A stretch of 64,000 bases of DNA from an uncultured bacterium (GTDB lineage: Bacteria; Verrucomicrobiota; Verrucomicrobiia; Limisphaerales; UBA8199). The stretch is taken from the NCBI GenBank assembly GCA_963749495.1, contig CAVVMW010000001.1, positions 320,001 through 384,000 of the forward strand. The letters run 5' to 3'. The notes under the pieces are model-generated. The model did not search any database and was not told where the DNA came from. It was given only the letters and a program-made list of their open reading frames with translations. The first letter of the stretch is position 1. Each line of letters opens with the position of its first letter. Of the stretch, positions 12,142-23,800 are shown piece by piece. The position numbers and the translations under genes were made by a program.

Positions 12142-12253
12142 CGGAGTGCGCCCGTCCTCGGGCGCAGCAACGTCCGCAGCCAGGGCAGCGGTCAAGTACT
12201 CCGGCGCGCCTGCCCGCTCCGCCGCTACCGCGCCCGGGCACGGGCGCACTCCG
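12142..12253. repeat. REP-like hairpin (CGGAGTGCGCCCGT...ACGGGCGCACTCCG); inverted copy at 59158-59269
   Basis: Inverted arms, and the loop sequence is shared between the two copies. Confidence 0.85.
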
Positions 12254-12328
12254 GGGGCAGTGTCGGAAATGCCTGGCGCTACTGCGGCTTGAGTCTGGGG
12301 AGGGAATGGACTAGGTTGGACGCATCAT

Positions 12329-14962
12329 TTGACTGGCGCAGCTACAATCAGACGCAGGCTCAACGGGGCGTGGCACTGGCGATTGCGATTGACCGGCGGG
12401 CTGGTCTGTCTGGCCTTGGCCCTGGCGGCGGGCGGCGGGGCAGCGGCGGGGGCGGACTTGAAGGAGGCGCAGAAGCGGCTGGTCTCGGGCGATTACACCG
12501 GGTGTCTGGCGCTGGTCAAGGCGGCGCGGCCGGACTCGACAGACCTCGCGGATTGGGAGATGCTCCGGTGCAGGGCGCTGCTGGCCACCGGCCATTACAA
12601 GGAAGCGCGCGATGCCATCACCAATGCCCTGCCGCAGGACTGGTCGAATATCCAGTTGTGCTGGCAGGCGCGCGAGGCCCTGCTGGCCAACGGGCAGACT
12701 GCCGCCGCGGCCCAAACGGTCGAGGACATCCTCCGGATGGTCTCGCGCCATCCCCGGGATTACGGGGACGCAGCGAGCCTGGTCGTCTTTGGGCAGGCGG
12801 TGCTGCTCAAGGGCGCCGATCCAAAGCGCGTGCTCAACACCCTGTTCACCGCGGCCAAACAGGCGGAGCCGGGTTTGCGGGAGATCTATCTGGCGACCGG
12901 GGGTTTGGGCCTGGAGAAACACGACTTTGCCCTGGCGGCCAAGGAATTCGAGCAGGGGCTCAAGCGGCTGCCGGATGACCCGGACCTCTGCTGCGGCCTG
13001 GCGCGGGCCTATGCCCCGAGCGACCCGGCGCTGGTGGTTTCCTGGCTCGAAAACGCCCTGCGGTGCAACAGCAACCATGTGGCCAGCCTGCTGCTGCTGG
13101 CCGATCGCTGCGTCGATGCGGAGGACTACCCGGAGGCGGAGCGGTTGCTGGACCGGGCGCAGGCGGTGAACCCGTGGCAGCCGGAGGCCTGGGCCTGCCG
13201 CGCGGTGCTGGCCCATTTGCGCAACCAGCCTGCGGCCGAGGCAGCGGCGCGGACCAACGCCCTCAAGTTCTGGCCCACAAACCCCCGGGTCGAGCATTTG
13301 ATCGGGCTGAAGCTTTCCCAAAACTACCAGTTCGCCGAAGGGGCGGCGCACCAACGCCAGGCCAGGCAGTTCGACCCGGACTACCTGCCGGCCAAGGCCC
13401 AACTCGCGCAGGACCTCCTGCGGTTGGGCCAGGAGGCCGAGGGCTGGAAACTGGCGCAGGAGGTGCAACGCCAGGACGGATACGACGTGGCGGCCTACAA
13501 CCTGGCGACCCTCCACGACACGCTCGACAAGTTCGTCACGCTCACCAACCGCGATTTGGCCCTGCGCATGAGCCGACACGAGGCCGAGGTCTATGGAGCG
13601 CAGGCGCTCGACTTGCTTGAACGGGCCAGGACCAGTCTCTGCGCCAAATACGGGCTCGAATTGAAGCCGCCGACCCTCGTCGAAATCTTCCCCGACCAAA
13701 AGGATTTCGCCGTGCGGACCTTTGGAATGCCTGGCGATCCCGGCTACCTGGGCGTCTGCTTCGGCAACGTCATCACCGCCAACAGCCCGGCGACCCATCC
13801 CGGCCATCCGTGGAACTGGGAATCGATGCTCTGGCACGAGTTCTGCCACGTGATCACGCTGCACCTGACGCGCAACCGGATGCCGCGCTGGCTCAGCGAG
13901 GGCATCTCCGTTTATGAGGAGGGCCGGGCCAACCCCGCCTGGGGGCAGCGCATGAACCCGCGCTATCGCCAGATGGTGCTCGGGGGCGAGTTGACCCCGG
14001 TCTCCAAGCTCAGCGCCGCCTTCCTCTCGCCCCGCTCCGCCCTGCACCTGCAGTTTGCCTACTACGAATCTTCTCTGGTGGTCGAGTTCATTGTCGAACG
14101 CTTCGGCCACGCCCAGCTCAGGGCGATTTTGCGGGACCTGGCCGACGGCGCTCAAATCAACGAGGCCCTCGAAGAGGAGACCGCCCCGATGGACGAATTG
14201 GACGAGGACTTCGCCGAGTTTGCGCGCGGGCGCGCGCAGCAACTGGCACCCGGCCTGGACTGGACCCGGCCGCAGCCGGAGGCCGGGACCGCCGCCGAAC
14301 GGCTCTCCGAGTTGCTCGGAGGAATGGACCTGACCGCCTCGACGCCCGTGAGCGCGACCAACGCGCCCCGGGATTCACTCAGCAGCACTAACTTCTATGC
14401 GCTGGTCGAGCAGGCCGGCCGTCTGGTTCGGGAGAAGCGATTTGCGCAGGCCAAGGCGCCGCTGCGGAAGTTGCTCGAGCTCTACCCGGGGCAGACCGGC
14501 GCCGAGAGCGCCGCCGCCATGCTGGGGGAGGTCCATCGCACCCTGGGCGAAACCAACGCCGAGCGCCAGGTCCTGAGCCGGTTGGCAGAAAACGACAACG
14601 AGGCGATCCAGACCTACCTGCGGCTGATGGAACTGGGCGCCGGCGCCCAGGACTGGGAGGCGGTCAAGCTCAATGCCGGGCGGTATTCGGCGGTGGACCC
14701 GCTGGTCGCGCCGCCCTACCGGTTGCTGGCCCAGGCGGCCGAACAGACCGGGGACGCCCCCACCGCCATCCGGGCCTATCGGACCTTGCTGCTGCTCGAT
14801 CCTCTGGACCCAGCCGACGCGCATTTCCACCTGGCGGTCTTGCTCCACCGCGCGGGCGATTCGGAGGCGCGCCTGCACCTGCTCCAGGCCCTGGAGGAGG
14901 CCCCGCGCCATCGCGCCGCGCTCCGGTTGCTGCTGGAGATGGAGGGCAAGCCGGGAACGTGA
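12329..14962 (+). CDS. TPR-repeat protein with peptidase MA-like (HEXXH) domain
   Basis: Helical TPR-like repeats, LWHEFCH and PRWLSEGISVYEE motifs, signal peptide. Confidence 0.8.
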   Translation: MTGAATIRRRLNGAWHWRLRLTGGLVCLALALAAGGGAAAGADLKEAQKRLVSGDYTGCLALVKAARPDSTDLADWEMLRCRALLATGHYKEARDAITNALPQDWSNIQLCWQAREALLANGQTAAAAQTVEDILRMVSRHPRDYGDAASLVVFGQAVLLKGADPKRVLNTLFTAAKQAEPGLREIYLATGGLGLEKHDFALAAKEFEQGLKRLPDDPDLCCGLARAYAPSDPALVVSWLENALRCNSNHVASLLLLADRCVDAEDYPEAERLLDRAQAVNPWQPEAWACRAVLAHLRNQPAAEAAARTNALKFWPTNPRVEHLIGLKLSQNYQFAEGAAHQRQARQFDPDYLPAKAQLAQDLLRLGQEAEGWKLAQEVQRQDGYDVAAYNLATLHDTLDKFVTLTNRDLALRMSRHEAEVYGAQALDLLERARTSLCAKYGLELKPPTLVEIFPDQKDFAVRTFGMPGDPGYLGVCFGNVITANSPATHPGHPWNWESMLWHEFCHVITLHLTRNRMPRWLSEGISVYEEGRANPAWGQRMNPRYRQMVLGGELTPVSKLSAAFLSPRSALHLQFAYYESSLVVEFIVERFGHAQLRAILRDLADGAQINEALEEETAPMDELDEDFAEFARGRAQQLAPGLDWTRPQPEAGTAAERLSELLGGMDLTASTPVSATNAPRDSLSSTNFYALVEQAGRLVREKRFAQAKAPLRKLLELYPGQTGAESAAAMLGEVHRTLGETNAERQVLSRLAENDNEAIQTYLRLMELGAGAQDWEAVKLNAGRYSAVDPLVAPPYRLLAQAAEQTGDAPTAIRAYRTLLLLDPLDPADAHFHLAVLLHRAGDSEARLHLLQALEEAPRHRAALRLLLEMEGKPGT

Positions 14963-15129
14963 AGGAGAGGTAACGTCATCAAATGAGCACGAACGTTAGA
15001 AGGGCGGCATGCGAGGACGCGAAGCGTTTTGGACTGCGCCAGTCCTCTGGCGCTTTTTGGACTCTGGGGACGAGAAAGCGCCAGAGGACTGGCGCAGTCC
15101 AAAACCTTGCGGCTTGGAGGCAACTCTGG

Positions 15130-16101
15130 GTGAAATGGGGCAGGCGCTGCGGTGTCCTGCTCGTGCTCGCGCTGGCCCTGGGCGTCTGCACGGCCCAATG
15201 GCGCCGGGGGCGGCGGAATCCGGGCGGGGGCGACACGGGCATGGTCTTCACCGAAGGCCATGTGCCGGTGAACGCGGACACGGTGCGCACGGCGCGCGAG
15301 ATAGCCTCCCACAGCACCGGCACGCCCACCTGGACCAATGAGCCGGGTTTCGAGAAGGACGTCTTCACCTTCGTCCGCGTCATTTACCGCCGCGCCCCGG
15401 ATAGCCCGGAACTCTCGGTCACCTCCAGCGGCATAGGCTGGATCACCGACTTTCCCGACAGCGATCTCAACCTCTCGTTCCGCGTGCAGCAGGTCACTTC
15501 GATCCGGACCAATCCGGAGGGACGCGTCCTGCGCCTGACCGACCCGGCCCTGTTCGATTACCCCTGGATCTACATGGTCGAGGTGGGCGGCCTGCAGTTG
15601 AAACCGGTCGAGATCCCCATCCTCCGCAAATACCTCCTCAACGGCGGCGTCCTCATGGCCGACGATTTCTGGGGCCAAAAACAGTGGGACAACTTCGAGC
15701 GCAACATCAAAAAAGTCCTCCCGGAGCGCGAGTTTGCCGAACTGCCGATGGACCACAAGCTCTTTCACTGCGTCTTCGACATCAAATGCACGAAGAACCA
15801 GCTCCAAACGCCCAACAGCCGCCAGGCCACCCAGAGCCTGGACCCGAACCACGACAACTATGGGATCACCTGGGAGTATTACCACGACGATTACGAGCCC
15901 GGGGGCCAGGCCGCCCACGACATGCACGTGCGCGCCATCACCGATGACAAAGGCCGCATCATGGTCATCGCCACCCACAACTGCGACAACGGGGACAGTT
16001 GGGAGCGCGAAGGAGAGGACGACGGCTTCTTCCACGAGTTCTCCGAAAAACGCGGCTATCCGCTGGGGATCAACATCATCTTTTATTTGATGACGCATTG
16101 A
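15130..16101 (+). CDS. DUF4159 family protein
   Basis: FTFVRVIY, WITDFPDSDLN, YPWIYMVEVG, YLLNGGVLMADDFWG, HNCDNGDSWE. GTG start chosen downstream of the REP. Confidence 0.85.
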   Translation: MKWGRRCGVLLVLALALGVCTAQWRRGRRNPGGGDTGMVFTEGHVPVNADTVRTAREIASHSTGTPTWTNEPGFEKDVFTFVRVIYRRAPDSPELSVTSSGIGWITDFPDSDLNLSFRVQQVTSIRTNPEGRVLRLTDPALFDYPWIYMVEVGGLQLKPVEIPILRKYLLNGGVLMADDFWGQKQWDNFERNIKKVLPEREFAELPMDHKLFHCVFDIKCTKNQLQTPNSRQATQSLDPNHDNYGITWEYYHDDYEPGGQAAHDMHVRAITDDKGRIMVIATHNCDNGDSWEREGEDDGFFHEFSEKRGYPLGINIIFYLMTH

Positions 16102-16160
16102 ACGTGAAATTCGAAATTCGTAACCCGTCATTGCAGGCGGAGGCGGAGTCCCGCGGCGAA

Positions 16161-16306
16161 CCCCTCACCCCAACCCTCTCCCCATCGGATGGGGAGAGGG
16201 AGAATGCTCCATTGCGGCTCGAGCAAGCAGAGACGCCTGGAAGTTCAAGAGACTGCCGACGCGTCTCCCTCTCCCCTTCGGAAGGGGAGAGGGTTGGGGT
16301 GAGGGG
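16161..16306. repeat. REP-like family CCCCTCACCCCNNCCCTCTCCCC...GGGGAGAGGG; copies at 35138-35283 and 51697-51842
   Basis: Double-hairpin structure conserved in three copies. Confidence 0.9.
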
Positions 16307-16385
16307 TCTGCCTGTGGTGCCGCTCCCGCCTTCACTGAGGCCGTACCCAAATTCGGATTTTGTCCTTCCATAATAGACTCTCTCC

Positions 16386-17420
16386 ATGAATACCATCGAA
16401 GTTCCCCACAACACCGTCCTGACGCCTTACGAGAGCGAGCGGGTCCTGCTGGAGCGTTTGTCGGCCGGGCGGGCGCGGATCGAGGGCGAGTTGGCCAAGG
16501 TGATCGTCGGGCAAAAAGAGGTCATCGAGCAGATCCTCATCGCCCTGTTCGCCGGGGGCCATTGCCTCATCACGGGGGCGCCCGGTTTGGCAAAGACTCT
16601 CCTGGTCAAATCCATCGCGCGCATCTTCCATCTCAAATTCCAACGGATTCAATTCACGCCCGACCTCATGCCGGCCGACATCACGGGGACCGAGATTCTG
16701 CAGGAGACCGGCGAGGGGCGGAAGATGCAGTTTGTGCGCGGACCGGTGTTTGCGAACATGATCCTGGCCGATGAGATCAACCGCACGCCGCCCAAGACCC
16801 AGTCCGCGCTGCTGGAGGCCATGCAGGAGCACCAGGTCACCGCCGCCGGGATTCGCCACGCGCTGGAGGAGCCGTTCTTCGTGCTCGCCACCCAGAACCC
16901 CATCGAGATGGAGGGCACTTATCCGCTGCCGGAGGCGCAACTGGACCGGTTCATGTTCAACGTGGTCATGGACTACCTCCCCGAGGACGAAGAGGTGGAC
17001 GTAGTCGCGCGGACTACCGCCCAGACGCCCGCGCCCATCGAGGCCCTCTTCACGGGCAACGACGTGCTCGACTTCCACGAGTTGGTCCGCAAGGTGCCGG
17101 TGGCCCAGGAGATGGTCCGCTACGCCGTGCGGTTGGCCGCCGCCTCGCGCCCGCGCCAGCCCGGCGCGCCCGATTTCATTAACGAGTGGGCCAGTTGGGG
17201 CGCGGGGACCCGGGCCGGCCAGTTCCTGGTGCTCGGCGCCAAGGCCCGCGCCATCTTCAAAGGCAGGGTCCATGTCAGCGCCGAGGACATCCGCAGCCTG
17301 GCCTATCCCACCTTGCGCCACCGCATCCTTCTCAATTACCGCGCCGAGGCCGAGGGCGTCACCGTCGAGGCCGTCATCCGGCGGCTGCTCGAAACCATCA
17401 AGCCCCCGCTGGGCCAATGA
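16386..17420 (+). CDS. MoxR-family AAA+ ATPase
   Basis: GAPGLAKT, RIQFTPDLMPADITG, LADEINR, ATQNPIE, LPEAQLDRF. Confidence 0.95.
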   Translation: MNTIEVPHNTVLTPYESERVLLERLSAGRARIEGELAKVIVGQKEVIEQILIALFAGGHCLITGAPGLAKTLLVKSIARIFHLKFQRIQFTPDLMPADITGTEILQETGEGRKMQFVRGPVFANMILADEINRTPPKTQSALLEAMQEHQVTAAGIRHALEEPFFVLATQNPIEMEGTYPLPEAQLDRFMFNVVMDYLPEDEEVDVVARTTAQTPAPIEALFTGNDVLDFHELVRKVPVAQEMVRYAVRLAAASRPRQPGAPDFINEWASWGAGTRAGQFLVLGAKARAIFKGRVHVSAEDIRSLAYPTLRHRILLNYRAEAEGVTVEAVIRRLLETIKPPLGQ

Positions 17421-17543
17421 GGGCATGAAATCCGGGTACCTCTCCACCTCCTCGCGCGACCGGTCAGACGAGTCAGACCGGTCGGACCGGTCGGACGCGT
17501 CGCACGCGCTCTATAAGATGCCCGCCGGGCTTGATTGCACGCC

Positions 17544-18485
17544 ATGACCCCTGCCCCCTCCTCCCCCACGTTCTCCGGCTCCTCGCTGGTCGATCCGCGC
17601 ACGCTCATGAGCATCCGCAACCTGGAGCTGCGCGCCCGCGTGGTGGTCGAGGGTTTCTGGAGCGGCCTCCATCGCAGCCCCTATCACGGCTTCTCGGTCG
17701 AGTTCACTGAGTACCGCCAGTATTCGCCCGACGACGACCCGCGCTACCTGGACTGGCGCGTGTTTGCCCGGAGCAACCGCTACTTCATCAAGAAGTTCCA
17801 GGACGAGACCAATTTGCGGTGCTACACCCTGGCCGACGCCAGCCGTTCGATGACCTACGGTTCGCTCGGCTACACCAAGGCCGAATACGCGGCCACGCTG
17901 GCGGCAACGCTCACTTATTTCCTCTACCTGCAAGGCGACGCGGTCGGTCTGCTGACCTTTGACGAGGAGTTGCGCGATTATCTGCCGGCGCGGCACCGGG
18001 CGGGGCACCTGCGTCAGGCCATGCTGGCGCTGCAAAAACCGGCCCAGGGCCGGGGCACCAGCCTCAGCGCCCCCCTGGAGCGGATTGTCCAGATTGTCCG
18101 CAAACGCAGCCTCATGGTGCTGATCTCCGATTTCCTGGCGCCCCTGGAGCGGCTGGAATCCAACCTCATCGCCCTGTCCGCCTGCGGCCACGAGGTCATC
18201 GTCTTCCAGGTGCTCGACCCGGCCGAGCTCTCCCTGGATTTCAGCGAGCCGTCTATGTTCGAGGACGTCGAGTCCGGGCGCGTGCTCTTCATCAATCCCG
18301 GCTCGGCGCGCAAAGAGTACCGGCGCAAGCTCGACGCGCACTGCCAGGCGCTGCGCTCAACCTGCCAGCGGCTGGGCATCGCCTGCGAATCCCTGGTCAC
18401 CGACCGCCCGCTGGAGTTGGCCCTCTTCGGCTTCCTGCGCCGGCGCATGCAGCAGAAGCGCGGCGCCCGTCGGGGGACATTTTAG
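17544..18485 (+). CDS. DUF58 (vWA-like) protein
   Basis: GLHRSPYHGFSVEFTEYRQYSPDDD..LDW, DASRSM, LISDFL. Confidence 0.92.
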   Translation: MTPAPSSPTFSGSSLVDPRTLMSIRNLELRARVVVEGFWSGLHRSPYHGFSVEFTEYRQYSPDDDPRYLDWRVFARSNRYFIKKFQDETNLRCYTLADASRSMTYGSLGYTKAEYAATLAATLTYFLYLQGDAVGLLTFDEELRDYLPARHRAGHLRQAMLALQKPAQGRGTSLSAPLERIVQIVRKRSLMVLISDFLAPLERLESNLIALSACGHEVIVFQVLDPAELSLDFSEPSMFEDVESGRVLFINPGSARKEYRRKLDAHCQALRSTCQRLGIACESLVTDRPLELALFGFLRRRMQQKRGARRGTF

Positions 18486-18554
18486 CGCCATGTTCGAGAC
18501 GTTTTCATCGTGGGTTCTTCCGGCCCTTCGGGCCGGGGAACGGAGCCGCACGGC

Positions 18555-20678
18555 ATGAGCTTTCTCACCCCACTGTTTCTGCTGGGCGCGTTGGCGGTGG
18601 CGCTGCCGGTGGTCTTTCACCTGATTCGGCGGACGACCCGGCAACGGACGCGGTTCAGTTCGTTGATGTTCCTGGAGCCGTCGCCGCCGCGGCTGACGCA
18701 GCGCAGCCGGCTGGAGCATATTCTGCTGCTGGTCTTGCGGTGCGCGGCGGTTTGCCTGCTGGCGCTGGCCTTCGCGCGTCCCTTTTTCAGGCGAGCGGTC
18801 CCGAGCGTGGCGCCCTCGGCGGCGGGGCGTCTGGTGGTGCTGGTGGACAGCAGCGCCAGCATGCGGCGCGGCGGCCTTTGGGCCGAGGCACGGGAGAAGG
18901 CCGAGTCGGTCCTGCGCCAAACGGCGCCTGCGGACCAGGCGGCGGTGTTCACCTTCGATCGGCAGATGACCCCGGTCATGAGCTTCGAGCAATGGAACGC
19001 CGCCGCGCCGGGCCAGCGCGTGGCGCTGGCCACGGGGAAATTGGCCGCTGTTGCGCCCGGTTGGTCCGGCACGCACCTGGGCCGGGCGCTCATCGAGGCA
19101 GCGGAACTGCTGGCCGATGCCGCCGGCAAGCCCGCTGCCGGGCCGGGCCGAATCGTTCTGATCAGCGACCTGCAGGAAGGCAGCCGCCTGGAGCCGCTCC
19201 GGGGCTACGAGTGGCCCAAGAACGTCGCGGTCTCGGTCGTGTCCCTCAAGTCCAGGCCCGGCAGCAATGCTTCGCTGCAGTGGTTGGCCGAGCCGGACGA
19301 TGCGCCGGTCCAGGCGGCCGCCGCGGTGCGCGCGCGGGTGAACAACGCGGCGGATTCGCGCCGCGACCAGTTCCGGGTCGGCTGGGCTCGGGCGGAGGGC
19401 CGCACCTTTGCGGGCGCGCCAATCGAGGTCTATGTGCCGCCGGGCCAAAGCCGGGTCGTGGCCCTGCCTTTGCCCGTCGTCCAGGGCGATCGGGCCGGCA
19501 GCAATGCGCCCGTGGCCGCAGCGGGCCAGCCATCCCCCCCACCGGGTTCCGACCGCATCCTCTTGCAGGGAGACGACGAGGATTTCGACAATACGGTTTT
19601 CGTCGTCCCTCCCGAGACCGAGCGATTGAGCGTGCTTTATTGCGGCGGCGATTCCGAGAAGGACCCGGCCCAGCCGCTATACTTCCTGCGCCGCGCATTT
19701 CAAGAGACCCGGCGCCAGGCGGTGCAAGTGGCCGTCTGTCCGCCGGCCCCGGCTGCCGGCCTCGCGGCGGCGACATTCTTCGTCGTGGCCGGGCCGTTGC
19801 CGGAGGCCCTGGCCGCGGCGGTGCGCCAGCAGGTCACTGCCGGCAAGACGGTCCTGATTGCCCTGCGCGCCGGCGCGTCCAGCGCGCGCGCGCTGGCCGC
19901 GCTGCTGGGCCTGGAACGTCCGGCCATCGAAGAGGCCTCGCTCAAAGACCATGCCATCCTCGGCGAGATTGATTTCCGCCATCCGCTCTTCGTTCCATTC
20001 GCCGACCCGCGCTTCAGCGACTTCAGCAGGATTCATTTCTGGAAGTATCGCCGCCTCGATGCGGCGACGATACCGTCGGCGCGCGTCCTGGCGAGGTTCG
20101 ACACGGGCGACCCGGCCCTGGTCGAGGTCCCGCTCGGCCATGGCCGGGCACTGGTCCTGACTTCCTGCTGGGACCCGGAGGACAGCCAGTTGGCACTCTC
20201 GACGAAGTTCGTTCCGTTGCTTTACGCAATTCTCGAGAGCAGCGGCGCCCCGGCTCCAGTGCCAGCCCAATACCAGGTTGGCAACACGGTCCCGCTGGCC
20301 AAGGCCGGCGCGACGGTCCGGACCCCGGACGGCTCGGTCATCCACTTGGATGCCGGCCAGACTAACTTCTCGACAACCGTGACGCCGGGCATCTATACGC
20401 TCCCATCGGCCCAGCCGCCCCGGCGCTTCGCCGTCAATCTCGATGCCACCGAGAGCCGCACGACGCCCATGTCGGCGGACGAGTTCGAGCGGTTGGGCGT
20501 GCCCTTGGCACGGCAGGAAAGGGCCGTGGCCCTCGAGGCGCAACGCAAAGTCCGCCTCCAGGACGCCGAGTTGGAGGGACGCCAGCGGCTCTGGCGCCTC
20601 TGCCTCCTGGCGGCGCTGGGCGTGCTATTGGTCGAAACCTGGCTCGCGGCGAAAACGACTAAGAGAGGTGTACGTTGA
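18555..20678 (+). CDS. BatA-domain / vWA membrane protein
   Basis: MSFLTPLFLLG...PVVFHLIRR...FSSLMFL N-terminus, VDSSASM MIDAS motif, C-terminal TM segment. Confidence 0.88.
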   Translation: MSFLTPLFLLGALAVALPVVFHLIRRTTRQRTRFSSLMFLEPSPPRLTQRSRLEHILLLVLRCAAVCLLALAFARPFFRRAVPSVAPSAAGRLVVLVDSSASMRRGGLWAEAREKAESVLRQTAPADQAAVFTFDRQMTPVMSFEQWNAAAPGQRVALATGKLAAVAPGWSGTHLGRALIEAAELLADAAGKPAAGPGRIVLISDLQEGSRLEPLRGYEWPKNVAVSVVSLKSRPGSNASLQWLAEPDDAPVQAAAAVRARVNNAADSRRDQFRVGWARAEGRTFAGAPIEVYVPPGQSRVVALPLPVVQGDRAGSNAPVAAAGQPSPPPGSDRILLQGDDEDFDNTVFVVPPETERLSVLYCGGDSEKDPAQPLYFLRRAFQETRRQAVQVAVCPPAPAAGLAAATFFVVAGPLPEALAAAVRQQVTAGKTVLIALRAGASSARALAALLGLERPAIEEASLKDHAILGEIDFRHPLFVPFADPRFSDFSRIHFWKYRRLDAATIPSARVLARFDTGDPALVEVPLGHGRALVLTSCWDPEDSQLALSTKFVPLLYAILESSGAPAPVPAQYQVGNTVPLAKAGATVRTPDGSVIHLDAGQTNFSTTVTPGIYTLPSAQPPRRFAVNLDATESRTTPMSADEFERLGVPLARQERAVALEAQRKVRLQDAELEGRQRLWRLCLLAALGVLLVETWLAAKTTKRGVR

Positions 20679-20865
20679 CAATGTTACGCGTCCGCTGCCA
20701 TCAAACGCCGCGAAGGCCGCAAGGTTTTGGACTGCGCCAGTCCTCTGGCGCTTTCGCGTCCCCGATCCAGCGGCTCCAAAAAGCGCCAGAGGACTGGCGC
20801 AGTCCAAAACGCTGTCGCGTTGTCGCCTGCGCTGCGCGGTGAGTTCAACAACGTGACACTCATTC

Positions 20866-23800
20866 ATGTCTATTGACCCCCATCTCGAATCGCGGTTAGC
20901 GCGGGTTGCGGAGCGGCGGCGCCAGTTGCGGCTCTGGCGGGGCCTGGCGATGTGCTGGGCCGGCGCTGCGCTGGCCGGGCTGGGATGCGTGGCGCTGCAG
21001 CGGGCCAGTGGATGGACCTCATCGCTGGCGTGCCCGGCGCTGGCCCTGGCGGGGGCGGCGGCGGCCTTTGTGGTGTTGGGCCGGTCCGGCCGGGAGGAGC
21101 CAGACTGGCGGGAACTGGCCGTCCAGGTCGAGGGTCAATGCCCGGATTTGGATGGCCGCCTGCTCACGGCCGTGCAAATTCAACAGGCGCCCCTAGGGGG
21201 AGCGCGACCCGGTTTCATGCAGCAGCGTCTGGTGCGGGAGGCGCTGGAGGGCAGCTACAAGAGCGATTGGGTGCAGTCGGTCCCCAAATCGTTCCTGCGA
21301 TGGGCGCAGGCGGCGCATTGGCTGGCCCTGATCTTGTTCCTGGCGGCCTTGTCGGGGCTGCGCACGACAGGGGGACACCGCCTCCTGGCGCGGAACCCGG
21401 ATTTCGGATTCGGGATCACCGTCACGCCCGGCGACACCCAACTCGAACGGGGTGAGAGCCTGGTGGTTCTGGCGCGCTTCGGCCGCACGCTGCCTGCAAC
21501 CGTGGATTTGGTCATCGGTCCTGCCGCAGGCTCGGCGCGGCGCATCCCGCTGGTCAAGAGCCTGTCGGACCCCTTGTTCGGCTGCAGTGTCCCGGACCTG
21601 GCGAGCAACGTCGTTTATCATGTCGAATACGGCGGCCGGCGCACGCGCGACTACAACGTCACCGTGTTCGAGTACCCGCGCCTGGAGCGCGCCGATGCCG
21701 ATGTGACGTTCCCCGACTACACCGCACAGCCCCCCAAACACATCGAGAACACACGGCGGCTCAGCGCGGTCCAAGGCTCGCGCCTGGACCTCCTTCTCCA
21801 TTTCAACAAGCCGGTCACGGTGGCCCGGCTTGTGGCCAAGGACAAAGGGCGCGCGGTCCTGGCGTTGGCGGCCGGCACCAATGCCTCCCTGGCTCAGCTC
21901 AGCCAATTCCCGCTCACCGCCAGCCGCAGCTACGAACTGCAGCTCCAGGACGCCCAGGGGCGCACCAACAAGGCCCCCGCCCAGTTTGTCTTCGAGGTCT
22001 TGACCAACCGCCCGCCCGAACTCCGCCTGGCCTCGCCACACGGCGACATCCGCCCTTCCCCGCTCGAGGAGGTCACCTTCGACGGCACGGTTTGGGACGA
22101 CTTCGGCGTCCGGGCCTACGGGTTGGGCTACACCGTGGCTGGAAAGGATTTGCAGCTTGTCGAACTGGGCCGCGCCGTCCCGGCCCAGGAAAAGCGGCCC
22201 TTCCATTACCTGCTGCGGTTCGAGGACCTCGCCGTGCAGCCGGACCAACTGGTCGCCTGGTTCGTTTGGGCCGAGGACCTCGGTCCGGACGGCCGGCCCC
22301 GGCGCACCACCGGCGACCTGTTCTTCGCCGAGGTCCGGCCCTTCAACGAGGTCTTCCGCCAAGGCTCGGGCATGGAGGGCGGCCAACAGGGGGGAGACCA
22401 GTCGGGCAACCAGGCCGGCGGCGGCCAGAGCGCCCGCCTGGTGGAAATGCAAAAGCAGATCATGATCGCCACCTGGAAACTCCGGCGCGAGCAGAATCCT
22501 GCCCCGGCAACGGCAAAATGAATTTCTCATGAAAACGGAACACAGGCAAAATCATTGGTGGCAAAATCATCAGAAGAGACTTTCTGATTGGCTTCCTTCT
22601 AAATTGCTCGAGCTTTGCAGGGGATTTCGGACGCCGGAGGGCACGGATAAAAAGAATCCGTGTAATCCGTGTAATCCGTGGTTCTTCCGTAGCTTTCGGC
22701 GCCTTGCTTGTGTATTGGCGGCTCTGACGCTCGTCGGTTCCGGCTCGATCGGGTCGGTCGAGGGGCAGGGCGCTGAGGGTGCTGTGCTTGGCCAGGCGGG
22801 GCCGAACGCCAGGCGCGGTGGACGAACCTCTCCAGCCCAGGCCCAGGCCGCGCAACCGGCGGCGCCGGGCGACGATCTGGGAGTCATTCTGGAGTCCCAG
22901 GCCCAGGTGCTCGAGCAGGCCAGGGCCGCTGCACAACGCCAGGCCGACCCGCGCGCGGCTGCTCTTTGGGCCACGGCCATCCGGGAGATGGATCGGACAC
23001 TGTCCCGTCTCCGGGCGGCCACCAACTCGCCCAGTGCGCTTGCCGAGGCGCTGGCGGCCGAACAGGCCGCCTACCAGGCCCTGCTCAGGGTCCAGGAACA
23101 TGAGTACCAGGTCTCGCGCCAGCGCAACCGCAGCCAGGGCTCCAACTCCGGCGGAGAGCAGATGCAACGGCAACTCGACCAGATGGATCTGACGGAATCG
23201 GAGAACCGCTACGAGGAACAGCGCCAGGCCCAGGCTCCGCAGACCGGGCAGCGGCGCGAGCAATTGCAGGTGCTCAATCGGCTCCAGGAACTGGCCCGCC
23301 GCCAGCAGGACCTCAACGACCGGCTCAAGGAACTCCAGACTGCCCTGCAAGAGGCCAGGAGCGAGGAAGAGCGGGCTGAAATCCAGCGTCGCCTCAAGCG
23401 CCTGGAGGAAGAGGAGCAGCAGATGGTGGCGGACATGGACGAACTGCGGCAGCGGATGGACCGGCCGGAGAGCCAATCCAGCATGGCGCAGGAGCGGCAG
23501 CAGTTGGAGCAAACCCGCCAGGACGCGCAGCGGGCGGCCCAGGCGGCCGGACAAGGGGCGGCCTCGCAGGCGCTGGCGGCCGGGACGCGCGCCCAGGAGC
23601 AGTTGCAACAGATGCGCGACAAACTGCGCAAGGAAAACTCCAGCCAGTTCGACCAGGACCTGCGCGACATGCGCGCCCAAGCCCGCGAGTTGGCCCAAAA
23701 ACACGAGGACCTCCAGCAGCAGATGCAAAAGGAAAGCGCCCCTGGCCCCAAAACTCTCTCCGACTCCGGCGAGCGCGGCAAGATGCTCGAACAATTGGCC

